A DNA stretch of 64,000 bases from an uncultured Chloroflexia bacterium (GCA_963820735.1 CAWGBA010000004.1:131579-195578); one strand, 5' to 3'; positions 30,101-39,455 are shown, counted from the first letter of the stretch. Made by a program: numbers and translations. Notes: generated by a model from the sequence alone, not told the origin.

Positions 30101-32508
30101 GCAGATGCCGGGCCTGGTCCACGACGTCGTGTGGAACGAGCCCGCCAACCTCGTCCACGTCATCGGCCAGACCTCCGATGGAAAGCCGACGATCTACGTG
30201 GTCGAACCGCACGCCGAATCGGTCTACGCCGATGCTCAGCTGCCTTTCACACCACAGATCACCCTGGCGGACACGCAGCGCGACCGCCCGGAGTCGGATC
30301 GCAGCGACCTGCTGGCGCTTTCTCCGGACGGATCGCTGGCCGTCGTGGACATCGGCCAGAACGCCTTCGCGTGGCGCTTCCCGGGCGTGATCATGGGCAC
30401 CGTCATGCTCGTCTGCATCTACCTGCTGGCGCGCTTCCTCTTCCGCCGGCGCAGCGTGGCGCTCTTCGCCGCGGCGCTCGGGTTGGTCGGCGGCATGTTC
30501 TTCGCCAACGCCCGGATCGCCATGAACGACACGTACGTGGCGGGCTTCATGATGGCCGCGCTGACGGTGTTCGTGCCGCTCTACATGGGCCTCTGGCGGC
30601 GCCGCTGGCAGGTCATCCTGGGCCTGTTCGCGGTGGGCATCCTGCTCGGGCTTGCGCTCGCGTCGAAGTGGGTCGGCGCCTATGCGATCGGCGGCATCGC
30701 GTTGCTCGTCCTGCTGCGCTCGGCGCTCGGCCGGATCATCGCTCTGATGGCGATGATCACGCTCACCGCCGTGCTCGGAGCGCTGGCCGTTCGGGCACCG
30801 GATGTGCCCTCGCCGCACGTCGACGTGTTCTTCCTGGGCTTGATGCTCGTACTGACGGTCGCCCTCGCCGTCGCGATGGTTCGGCGTCCGGTGCGCATGA
30901 CGATGGCCGAGCTGCGCTTCGCCGTCTTTGCGCCGGCCGTGGCCGGGATCGTGCTGATCGCAGGGTCGCTCGCATTCGCTTCGCACCTGCCCGACAGCGG
31001 CTTGTTCTCGGCCCGCGCCGTCTCGCTGGCAGGAGCGGCGGCCTTGCTGCTGAGCGCCGGCTCCTATGCGCTGGCCTGGCTCGCGTCGCGTCGCGGTCGC
31101 GGGCCGCTTGCGCGACGCCGCGTCGTGCCGCCCGACGAGCCGATCCCGTCACCGGCGCCGACCGGCTGGCTGCTGCCCGGCCACGCGGGCGGGATCCCCT
31201 GGCTGTACGCCTTCGCGTGCCTGTCGGTCGTGCCGATCGCCGTCTACATCATCAGTTACATCCCCTGGTTCAACCTGGGCAACCAACTGATCGATGGGAT
31301 TCCCGGCCGGCCACACCGGCCAGACGCTGTGGCAGTTGACGCTCTCGATGTACGACTACCACAACAACCTGCGAGCGGGCCACCCGGCGTCTTCGCCCTG
31401 GTGGGCCTGGCTCCTGGATCTCAAACCCGTCTGGTTCTACCAGGAGGGCTTCGCCAACAACACCACGGGGGTCATCTACGACGCGGAGAACCTCGTCATC
31501 GTGTGGCTGGGCATTCCTGCGATGATCTTCACGGCCTGGGCGGCGTGGCGGCGGCGCAGCCTCTCGCTCACGGTCATCGTGGTGATGTTCCTGGCCATGT
31601 GGTTGCCGTGGTCGCGCATCGATCGGGCCACCTTCCAGTACCACGTCTTTACCAGCCTGCCGTTCGTGGTGCTGGCGCTGGCCTACTTCCTGGCCGAGCT
31701 ATGGCACGGGCCATCGCCCGGCGTCTGGCTGTTTGCTCGCTTCTCGGCGGCTGCGGCGATCCTCGGGCCGCCCCTGCTCTGGCTGGGGCGAGCTCCGCTG
31801 TGCATCATCGCCGGCTCTGCCGCGGCCCACACCGCCGAGAATTCCGGGCAGGGGGTCGCCTGCGGCTCGATCACGCGCTCGACCGACGTGAGCCAGGCTG
31901 CGATGGTCTCGGTGGTCATCCTCCTGATCGGCGCGCTGGCGCTCGGCTGGCAGCTCTGGCTTCTCTACCGGGCGGGCGGCCGCACGGAGCCACTGCGAGT
32001 GGCCGGCGTGCGCATCCCGGTTGAGGCTGCTCCGTATCTGACGCTGATCGCGATCATCGCGATGGTGGTGGTCGTGCCGCGGATCTTCAGCGGCGAGCCG
32101 ATGTTCACGCTCACGGTGAGTGCCGACGAACTTGCCTTGATCGGCCTCGTCGTCCTCGCGATACCTGCGTACCTCGTCCTTCGCGCTCGTGACAGCCGGC
32201 GGTTCGCGCTCGGCATCATGACCGCGGCCGTGCTCTGGTTCGTTGCCTGGTACCCGAACCTGTCAGGACTGCCGATGCCCAACTCGATCGCCAACATCTA
32301 CCAGGGCCTGCTGCCCACCTGGAACTACGACTTCTGGTTCGCGGTCAACAAGGACCCTGCCGCCAAGGGCCCATTGGGCGCCCTGGTGCTCGGCATCCTG
32401 ATCGTCACCCTGATCGTCGTGGCCCTCGCCATGATCGTGGCCTACTGGCGGCGGCCCGAACGCCAGGTCGCCCAAGCCGAGGATGAGGTCTCCGCGCCAG
32501 CGTCCTGA
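27156..32508 (+). CDS. Giant (~1780 aa) double GT-C protein: N-terminal DUF2029/PIG-V-like module plus PMT (GT39)-type module carrying a ~400-aa beta-propeller-like insert (apparent frameshift near 31290-31310)
   Basis: ORF 27156..32024 joins ORF 31294..32508. N-terminal module: DLSSYAAWANTLAQYG..ADYPPGYLLLLWP. PMT module: DE motif YFDEVYHARTA (~29019-29042), then ARIAMNDTY, then the PMT C-terminus GQTLWQLTLSMYDYHNNLRAGHPASSPWWAWLLDLKPVWFY. Confidence 0.7.
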
Positions 32509-32536
32509 CCCCAGTTGTGGATCGCAAGATCCCGCC

Positions 32537-32624
32537 CGCCTGGTGGTTCGGCCCATACCAGGCTTGGGGGTGGGTCTCACCGCGCTGGTCGTTTGGCCCC
32601 GTACCAAGCTCGGGTTGGTCTCAC
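32537..32624. repeat. Tandem 2 x 44-nt repeat at the head of dispersed-repeat copy 1
   Basis: CGCCTGGTGGTTCGGCCCATACCAGGCTTGGGGGTGGGTCTCAC followed directly by CGCGCTGGTCGTTTGGCCCCGTACCAAGCTCGGGTTGGTCTCAC. Confidence 0.8.
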
Positions 32625-32981
32625 CCCCGGATGGTCGCCCTAGGCCGGGATCCTATGTGGTCATTCGTGCACGGGGAGCACGGTAGAACACCGTCTGTCA
32701 CGTCGAGAACGCTCGTCACGATCTGTAGGCCGCTAGTCCACGCTCAGCGATGGTCGATTCGGGTCGTCGCCGACGGTCACCGAGCCTCCGATGGCATGCT
32801 CCACGGGCCACGAGATTGCCCTACGTGCTGCCCACGCGCGTCTGACCACGAGTCATGCCGAGTAGGGCAATGACCGTGCTCGGCAGGCGCAGCTGACAGC
32901 CAGCCCCGCTTCGGAGCGAGCGCTGGCCGACGACGGAGACCGGCCTGCGACCGTACACGGGTTGCCGACCGGACCCGACCA
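32570..32981. repeat. Dispersed noncoding direct repeat, copy 1 (~412 nt)
   Basis: Aligns end to end with 39578..39994 in the same orientation. The first ~115 nt are identical. Lies 31 nt downstream of the PimA-like stop. Confidence 0.9.
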
Positions 32982-33011
32982 CACTGACCGGACCTGACCA
33001 GCGGCAAAGCG

Positions 33012-34223
33012 CTAGACCGGCGAACGGACCTCGTCGGACTCGATCGGGATCGTGTGAGGGTGGGGTGGCTGCGGGATCGGCGCGTGGAAGCCCGACGGCA
33101 GCGCTGCCTGTGCCGCGAGTCGACGGATCACAAAGCCGTAGTAGTCGTCGACCTTGGCGGTGATGCTCTCCCAGCTGAACTGCCGCGCTCGCTCCTTGCC
33201 GGACTCGCCGAAGCGGAGGCGCAACGCCGGGTCACGCAGCAACGTTCCCAGTGCCTTGGCCAGCGCGTCGACGTCCTTGGGCGGAACGAGGAGCGCCTGC
33301 TCGCCGCGTCGAACGACGCCCTTGTATCCGTGAATATCGCTGCACACGATGGCCGTGCCCGCTGCCATCGCCTCGAGCAGCACGATGCCGAACGACTCCT
33401 GGCCGGTCGCGGGCGATGAGTAGATGTCAGCGGTCACGAACGCGCGGTTCTTGTCCAGCTCACTGACGCGACCGAGCAGCTCGACGCCCGTGAGCCGTCG
33501 CGTGGCGATGTAGCGGCGGACCTCCCGCTCCTGCGGGCCGGTTCCGACCACGAGCAGCCGCGCATCGATGCCGTCTCGGCGCACCTGGCGGTAGGCCTTG
33601 AGCAGGTAGGTGAGGCCTTTGCGCGGCTCGAAGCGGCCGACATACAAGATGTTCGGCGTGCCGTCGCGCCAGCGCGCAAACGGCACGACGTTGTCGAAGG
33701 CCCGAAGATCGACGCCGTTGGGGATCACCTTGTAGTCGCCCGGGAAGTACCTCTCGATGAAGTGACGTGCCGCGGCGCTGACGGCGATCCGTCCGTGCAG
33801 CCGGCGCGCAAAGCGTTGGAGCATCCGCTTGCCGAACTCGTACGACGGGCTCCAGCCGGAGTAGGCGTGGAAGGTGGCCACGTTGACGCTCGTCGAGTGG
33901 CGGAGCAGCTGCAGCGACAGGAACGGCACGAACGGCTCGTGAAAGTGCAGCAGGTCGAACTGCTCGTCGACCAGCACGCGTTCGATCAGCTCGCCGTATC
34001 GGTGCGACAGCGTGAGCGTTCCCACCGAGCCGTTGGTCGGCACGCTGATGCCGTATCCCAACCGGATGATGTCGCCCTCACTGGAGCGCTGCGGCCCGTG
34101 GGTGCTGCTGATGATGCGGACATCGTGCCCGCGGGCGACCAGGTTCTCGTACAGGCGCTGGACATGCGCGTTCACGCCGCCCGGAAGCGGGTAGATGTAC
34201 GGCGTGACGAGACCGATCTTCAT
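33012..34223 (-). CDS. GT4 glycosyltransferase, PimA-like phosphatidylinositol mannosyltransferase candidate
   Basis: MKIGLVTPYIYPLPGGVNAHV..., FHEPF, GRFEPRKG, and the E-x7-E region ESFGIVLLEAMAAG. ATGA overlap with the upstream gene. Context includes ino1 and a CDP-alcohol phosphatidyltransferase. Confidence 0.75.
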   Translation of the reverse strand: MKIGLVTPYIYPLPGGVNAHVQRLYENLVARGHDVRIISSTHGPQRSSEGDIIRLGYGISVPTNGSVGTLTLSHRYGELIERVLVDEQFDLLHFHEPFVPFLSLQLLRHSTSVNVATFHAYSGWSPSYEFGKRMLQRFARRLHGRIAVSAAARHFIERYFPGDYKVIPNGVDLRAFDNVVPFARWRDGTPNILYVGRFEPRKGLTYLLKAYRQVRRDGIDARLLVVGTGPQEREVRRYIATRRLTGVELLGRVSELDKNRAFVTADIYSSPATGQESFGIVLLEAMAAGTAIVCSDIHGYKGVVRRGEQALLVPPKDVDALAKALGTLLRDPALRLRFGESGKERARQFSWESITAKVDDYYGFVIRRLAAQAALPSGFHAPIPQPPHPHTIPIESDEVRSPV

Positions 34224-36112
34224 GCGTCGATAGTGCCCGGCTTGGACGAAAGGGGCCGACGCCGGCTGCCGGGATAACCGAGGTCCCGGCCGGTGCCGCG
34301 TCGCAGGAGCGTTCCACCGACATCGTCGCGCAGGGCCCGCGCGTTCTTGCGCGTCTGGTGCCCGAACAGGCGGAACTGCTCGCTCCACGGGTAGGCGCTG
34401 CCTTCGAACGTGGTCTGCCGCTCGGCAATCGCGCGGCGCAAGTCCTCGGTGGTGTGACCCGAGAAGCGCGTGACGACCTGGCCGACGTTGCTGGCGCGGT
34501 GCGCATCACTGCCACCGACCGCGGCGACCCCGCATTCGATGACGAACTCCGGGACGCGTTTCGCCCAGCGCATGGCCGCGGTGGTCGGGTTGAACGCCTC
34601 GATCCCGTCGGGATGAACGCGCGGGTCATCCGCCGCCAGCAGGCGCCTGATCGTCCCTGCCGACGCGCACAGTGGATAGGGCACGAGCGGGTGCGCCACG
34701 ATCGCGATGCCGCCCTGTTCATGGACGCGACGGACCGAGTCGCGCATCGATCCCCACGGGCCGATCCGCTCCTGCATGAAAAGCGCGACCAGGTGGCCGT
34801 TACGAGTCGTGATCTCCTCGCCGACGATCACCTCGATCGGCAGCCCCTTGGCGATCGCCATCGCGCGAGCGGCAACGGCCCCGTCGACACGCTCATGATC
34901 GGTGATGGCGAGCAGTGACAACCCGCGCGCGACCGCCGCGTCGAGGATCGCCTCGACGCCGTCGATGCCGTCGGAGGCCATCGAATGGACGTGCAGGTCC
35001 GCGGATCCCCAGTCATCCATGGGGTTGGGGGTGGCGGCTGCTGCCGGATGCGCGCCTGTCGGCGTCTCTTCCACGTCGTTCATGCGTCGGTGAGCCTTTG
35101 GCGTTGTCGCCTCCGGCCAGATGGGGAAGAACAGCGACCACCATTGGTCCGGTGCCCGACTCACGGTCTCCTCGAGGATGCGCACCTCGTCGGCGATCGC
35201 GGCGGCCACTTTTTCTCGTCGCGATCCGACCTGCGGGACCTGGAGTTGATCGAGGCGGGCCGACCAGCGATCCCAGCCGATGCGAGTCATCGTCACGATG
35301 TAGGTCTCGGCGCCGGTTTCGGCCGCCAGGATCGCGGGCCCGCGGGGAAGGCGTGCCGGCGCACCGAAGAGTGTCACGGCCGCACCTGCACCGCCGATGA
35401 CCCGATCGGCCACCAGCGCGACGCCCTGGCCTGCTGCCAGTCGGGCGGTGAGGTGCTCGGCGACGTCCTCGACTGGGAGAAGTCGCACGCCCAGCTGCTC
35501 GCGGGTGCGTTCGAAGTAGGCGCGAAGAGCCGGGTTGGAAAGTCGCTCCATGGGTCCGGCGATGTCAAGGCTTGCCCTTCGGGCGGCGTAGGCAGCAGCC
35601 AGCTCGACGGAGCCGTAGTGGAATCCGACGTACATCACGCCACGACCGCCAGGAGGCGGGCGGAGGGCTCGCTCGGCGACGTCGGGATTCGCCAGCTCGA
35701 CGCGATCGAGCAGGCCGCCGCGGCGATCAGCTGCCGGTGCGATGGCGCTCTCGGCGTACGTCCGAACCCAGTGCTCGAACGCACTGCGGACGAGGGCGTC
35801 GAGCGCGCGGTCGTCAGTTGCCGCCGTTCGCGCACGTTCGGGGCCGGTTCCGCGACTGGCCAGCTCGACGCAGACTCGGCGCAGGTTGCCGCGCACCAAC
35901 CGGCGCCGTGCAGGCATGGCCGAGTAGCAGATCCGGCCGATCAGGGCGGCCGTTCGCAGCACGAACGATTCGGGAAGTGCCTGGAGCAGGCGAACGCCGC
36001 CAAGGAGCAAGGCGAGCATGACGCGGTCGACCAGCCGCAGCGGCTGCTCATCAGCGTTGCCGGCTGTGGCCGCCGCCGTCATCGAGTGCCGCCCCGGTCG
36101 TTCACCCGGCAT
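34220..36112 (-). CDS. Fusion protein: HtrB/LpxL-family lipid acyltransferase (N-terminal) plus PHP-domain phosphoesterase (C-terminal)
   Basis: The N-terminal ~340 aa resemble the neighbouring acyltransferase (VGFHYGSVELAA...VADRV..GAPARLPRGPA). The C-terminus has DLHVHSMASDG...AITDHE...IVAHP...GGSDAH, the PHP metal-binding histidine pattern. Confidence 0.75.
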   Translation of the reverse strand: MPGERPGRHSMTAAATAGNADEQPLRLVDRVMLALLLGGVRLLQALPESFVLRTAALIGRICYSAMPARRRLVRGNLRRVCVELASRGTGPERARTAATDDRALDALVRSAFEHWVRTYAESAIAPAADRRGGLLDRVELANPDVAERALRPPPGGRGVMYVGFHYGSVELAAAYAARRASLDIAGPMERLSNPALRAYFERTREQLGVRLLPVEDVAEHLTARLAAGQGVALVADRVIGGAGAAVTLFGAPARLPRGPAILAAETGAETYIVTMTRIGWDRWSARLDQLQVPQVGSRREKVAAAIADEVRILEETVSRAPDQWWSLFFPIWPEATTPKAHRRMNDVEETPTGAHPAAAATPNPMDDWGSADLHVHSMASDGIDGVEAILDAAVARGLSLLAITDHERVDGAVAARAMAIAKGLPIEVIVGEEITTRNGHLVALFMQERIGPWGSMRDSVRRVHEQGGIAIVAHPLVPYPLCASAGTIRRLLAADDPRVHPDGIEAFNPTTAAMRWAKRVPEFVIECGVAAVGGSDAHRASNVGQVVTRFSGHTTEDLRRAIAERQTTFEGSAYPWSEQFRLFGHQTRKNARALRDDVGGTLLRRGTGRDLGYPGSRRRPLSSKPGTIDA

Positions 36113-37028
36113 CCATTTCGGCTGCGCGCCGCTCGAGCTCGGCCGCTTCCTCGTCGCTCGTCGGCCACATGGGTTTGAAGGTGAACCACTGCTCGGGCTG
36201 CACGCGAACCATCTGCTCGAGCGCGTCGGCGATCTGCTGCGTCGCGCGCCGGATCTCCGCCTGCGAGCCCTCGGCGACCGTGATCGGATCGAAGTGCGAG
36301 CCGAGGTACGTGCCGTCGGGTCGGCGACGGTTCACCACCGGAACAATCGATGCACCTGTCTTCGCGGCGAGCGTCGCCGGTCCGGCCGGGAGCGTGGTCC
36401 ACTCGCCGAACAGCTTCACGGGCACGTCCGTCGGTCGATAGCCCCAGTCCACCACGAGCCCGAGCACGGCCGGCTGCCGCAGTGCGCGGAAGACGTCGCG
36501 CAGGTTCCTCCAGGGAATGATCTTCACGCCGCGGCGCGCCCGCATTTCCGTGAGCCGTGCGAACAATTCGGGATACTCCGTGTCGTCCGCGAGGCCGTAC
36601 GTCGGGATGCCCCGGAGCGCGCCGGCCGCGGCGAACAGCTCGATGCTGCCGATGTGCCCGGACACGATGATGAGGCCCTTGTCGCGAGCCTCGTGCTCCT
36701 TCCAGAGCTCAACCAACGAGTCGATGCCGTGATCCGGCGCGCCTTGGACGAGCGTCAGCGGCTCGTCGACCGGACGGCTTGGCAGGCGCATGAGTTCCAG
36801 CGCGAACTCGGCGTAGCTCGCGTAGATCTGTCGTGCGAGACGGGCGACTTCCGGGTCGTCAACGCTCGTGCCGAGCACGCGCGCGGCATTCGCCTGGACG
36901 ATGCGGCGTTTCTGCGGCCAGCCGTAGTAGCCCGCCGACGAAGAGCTGGCGAGCGACCGGCGAGCTGACGCGCGGGCTGATGCGGCCGAGCGCGGTCTCG
37001 GCGGCTCGGTAACCGCCGATGACGCCAC
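36102..37028 (-). CDS. HtrB/LpxL-family lipid acyltransferase (PIM acyltransferase PatA-like)
   Basis: SGHIGSIELFA (HX4-type acyltransferase motif region), LVVDWG..VKLFGEWTTLPAGPATLAAKTGA, QWFTFKPMWP. Confidence 0.75.
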   Translation of the reverse strand: MASSAVTEPPRPRSAASARASARRSLASSSSAGYYGWPQKRRIVQANAARVLGTSVDDPEVARLARQIYASYAEFALELMRLPSRPVDEPLTLVQGAPDHGIDSLVELWKEHEARDKGLIIVSGHIGSIELFAAAGALRGIPTYGLADDTEYPELFARLTEMRARRGVKIIPWRNLRDVFRALRQPAVLGLVVDWGYRPTDVPVKLFGEWTTLPAGPATLAAKTGASIVPVVNRRRPDGTYLGSHFDPITVAEGSQAEIRRATQQIADALEQMVRVQPEQWFTFKPMWPTSDEEAAELERRAAEMDAG

Positions 37029-37102
37029 GCTCGCGGGTGCGACGGGCGAGCCGGCGCAAGCCGGCCGATTCGATCCGTCGATGGGGGGAGTAGCGGACGC
37101 CG

Positions 37103-38452
37103 CTATCCGGCGCCCGTGTCTCGTCCGTCATGAACCAGGGAGGAGTCGCGGGCTAATGCGCCGCGGCAGCCTCGGCCTTGCGTGACGACGAGTGCCCGTT
37201 GCCGGCTGTCGCCGACTCGGATGCGGGACGCGCCTCGAGCTCGACCGGGGACGATGCGCCGGGACTTGGCCAAACGCCGCGTCTTCTTGGCACGTGGAGC
37301 CTCGGTGCCGACGAGCGTTTCGTTGTCCTCGCCACGGATGAACGCCTCGACGCGGTTGAACGCGATGTCATCGTGGATCTGGATCGGCGGGCTCTTCATG
37401 AAGTAGCTCGACGGGGCAACGAGTGTGCCCTTGAGGCCGCGGTCCAGGCCCAGCTTGAGGCAGCGGATCGCGTCGGTGATGACGCCTGCCGAGTTGGGCG
37501 AGTCCCAGACCTCGAGCTTCATCTCGACGTTGAGCGGCACGTCACCGTATGTCGTGCCCTCCATGCGGATGTAGCACCACTTGCGGTCGCGCAGCCACGG
37601 CACGTGGTCAGACGGGCCGACGTGGATGTCGTCCGGGTCGAGCTCGTAGTCGAGCATCGAGGTGACGGCGTTGGTCTTGCTGATCTTCTTGGACTCGAGG
37701 CGCTCGCGCTCGAGCATGTTCAGGAAGTCCGTATTGCCACCGAAGTTGAGCTGGTACGTGCGATCGAGGCGAACGCCACGATCCATGAAGAGGCGCGTCA
37801 GCACGCGATGACTGATCGTGGCGCCGACCTGGCTCTTGATGTCATCGCCGATGATCGGCAGGCCTTCCTCGGCGAAGCGGCGCTGCCAGTACGGTTCGCG
37901 GCCGATGAACACCGGGATGGCGTTGATGAAGCCGACGCCCGCCTTGAGCGCCTGCTCCACGTACCACTTGGTGGCCTCCTCGGAGCCGACCGGCAGGTAC
38001 GAGACAACGACGTCGACTTCGCGCTCCTTGAGGATGCCAACGACATCTGCCGTAGGGCCGGGCGCCTTCTCGATCACCTGCGACAGGTACTTGCCCAAAC
38101 CATCGTGGGTCATGCCGCGCTCGACCTTCACGCCGGTGTGCGGGACCTGCTGGAAGACATAGGTGTTGTTGGGCTTGACGTAGATGGCCTCGGAGAGGTC
38201 CTTGCCGACCTTGTTCTTGTCGATGTCGAAGGCGGCAACAAACTCGATGTCACGGATGTGATAGCCGCCCAGGTTGACGTGCATGAGGCCCGGGACGAAG
38301 TCGTCGTCCTTGGCGTCCTCGTAGTAGTAGCGGCCCTGAACCAGGCTGCTGGCGCAGTTGCCCACGCCAACGATCGCCACGCGGATCTTGCCGTCCTTGC
38401 GGCGGGGATGGCGGCCGTTGCCGTTCTGGCTGCCGCTGTCGTTCTTTGCCAT
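37103..38452 (-). CDS. ino1: myo-Inositol-1-phosphate (inositol-3-phosphate) synthase
   Basis: [52 protein letters not shown] and WDSPNSAGV are all conserved MIPS blocks. There is an unusual ~70-aa basic C-terminal extension. Confidence 0.9.
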   Translation of the reverse strand: MAKNDSGSQNGNGRHPRRKDGKIRVAIVGVGNCASSLVQGRYYYEDAKDDDFVPGLMHVNLGGYHIRDIEFVAAFDIDKNKVGKDLSEAIYVKPNNTYVFQQVPHTGVKVERGMTHDGLGKYLSQVIEKAPGPTADVVGILKEREVDVVVSYLPVGSEEATKWYVEQALKAGVGFINAIPVFIGREPYWQRRFAEEGLPIIGDDIKSQVGATISHRVLTRLFMDRGVRLDRTYQLNFGGNTDFLNMLERERLESKKISKTNAVTSMLDYELDPDDIHVGPSDHVPWLRDRKWCYIRMEGTTYGDVPLNVEMKLEVWDSPNSAGVITDAIRCLKLGLDRGLKGTLVAPSSYFMKSPPIQIHDDIAFNRVEAFIRGEDNETLVGTEAPRAKKTRRLAKSRRIVPGRARGASRIRVGDSRQRALVVTQGRGCRGALARDSSLVHDGRDTGAG

Positions 38453-38454
38453 GA

Positions 38455-39117
38455 CTACCGAATCTCCTTTGTGGATTCACGCTCGATGGATTGGTGGCGG
38501 ACCACGACGATCCGCTGTGCGGTGGTGATGACGGCCAGCAGCGCGATCAGCCCCAGGCTGAGGTCGAGCGGCCGCAGGTCCCCCCAGATGCCGGTGATCA
38601 AGAGGCCCAACGTGAGGATCACGATGCGAACCTCCCGGGGCGCCACACCGACGTTGGCCATCCCCGAACCGCCCGTGAAGCCGAGGCTCTCCGCCTTGGC
38701 GCGGGCGTAACTGACCATGAACGCGGCGGCCATCGCCGCTGCTGCGAGGACGGCACCAGTCGTGTCCTGGATCACGGCCAGCCCGTACACGATGCCTACG
38801 TAGATGACTGCCTCACCGGCACGATCGAGCGTGCTGTCGAGGAACGCGCCGAAGATGGACGTCTTGCCAGTCGCTCTCGCGAGCGCGCCATCGAACATGT
38901 CGAAGGCGCCGCCGAAGACCACGAGCAGACCGGCGACGGTCCACCAGCGCGCGCCCGCGGTTCCGGCGGCGACGCAGGCGATCAGAAGTCCGATGACGGT
39001 GAGTGCGTTGGGCGTCAGGCCGACGCGGCCGAAGACACGTGCGAGCGGCTCGACTCGAGCGCGGAACCCGGCGCGTTGCTCTGGGGTCAGCAAGGAACCC
39101 GCCATGGCTGCCTCCAT
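38455..39117 (-). CDS. CDP-alcohol phosphatidyltransferase (PI/PIP synthase PgsA1-like)
   Basis: [27 protein letters not shown] matches D-x2-DG-x2-AR-x8-G-x3-D-x3-D. About 6 TM helices. Start ATG 39117 lies 5 nt after the ArsR stop. Confidence 0.85.
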   Translation of the reverse strand: MEAAMAGSLLTPEQRAGFRARVEPLARVFGRVGLTPNALTVIGLLIACVAAGTAGARWWTVAGLLVVFGGAFDMFDGALARATGKTSIFGAFLDSTLDRAGEAVIYVGIVYGLAVIQDTTGAVLAAAAMAAAFMVSYARAKAESLGFTGGSGMANVGVAPREVRIVILTLGLLITGIWGDLRPLDLSLGLIALLAVITTAQRIVVVRHQSIERESTKEIR

Positions 39118-39122
39118 CCCCC

Positions 39123-39455
39123 CTAGCTGGCGAGCCCGAGGAGCCGGCGCTCCTGCTCGCGGAACCGATCCAGGACCTCGCGACTGAGCGTCGAGATCAC
39201 CTCTCGTCCGGAGCGGCGAGTCTCGATCACACCGGCTGCCTTGAGCCGGCGCAGATGCCAGGAGACGAGAGGCTGCGAAAGGTCGACGTGATCGATCAGC
39301 TCGGACACGGTCGCGGGCCCTTCGGAAAGCCGCTGCAGGATTCGAAGCCGGGTCGGATCGGCCAACGCCTTGTGGAAGACGGCCATCTCCCGCAGCTCCT
39401 CTGGGGGTGCGGTCAGGGTGGCAAGCGTCGAACGGATGTGGGCGGGCGTTGGCAC
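39123..39455 (-). CDS. ArsR/SmtB-family transcriptional regulator
   Basis: FHKALADPTRLRILQRL..GPATVSELIDHVDLSQPLVSWHLRRLKAAGV is a winged helix-turn-helix of ArsR type. Confidence 0.85.
   Translation of the reverse strand: MPTPAHIRSTLATLTAPPEELREMAVFHKALADPTRLRILQRLSEGPATVSELIDHVDLSQPLVSWHLRRLKAAGVIETRRSGREVISTLSREVLDRFREQERRLLGLAS

Noticed and set aside
28254-30986. 910-aa minus-strand ORF inside the giant GT-C gene
   Set aside because: Extremely Arg/Asp/Glu/His-rich with no TM or domain signatures. The plus strand encodes coherent GT-C and propeller sequence.
32517-33007. ORFs 32517..32873 (+), 32777..33007 (-) and 39786..39998 (-) inside the dispersed repeats
   Set aside because: The reading frames are not conserved between the two repeat copies. 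The divergent patches are not multiples of three. Composition is not protein-like.
37178-38710. 510-aa plus-strand ORF over ino1
   Set aside because: Antisense to a highly conserved inositol-phosphate synthase. No motifs.
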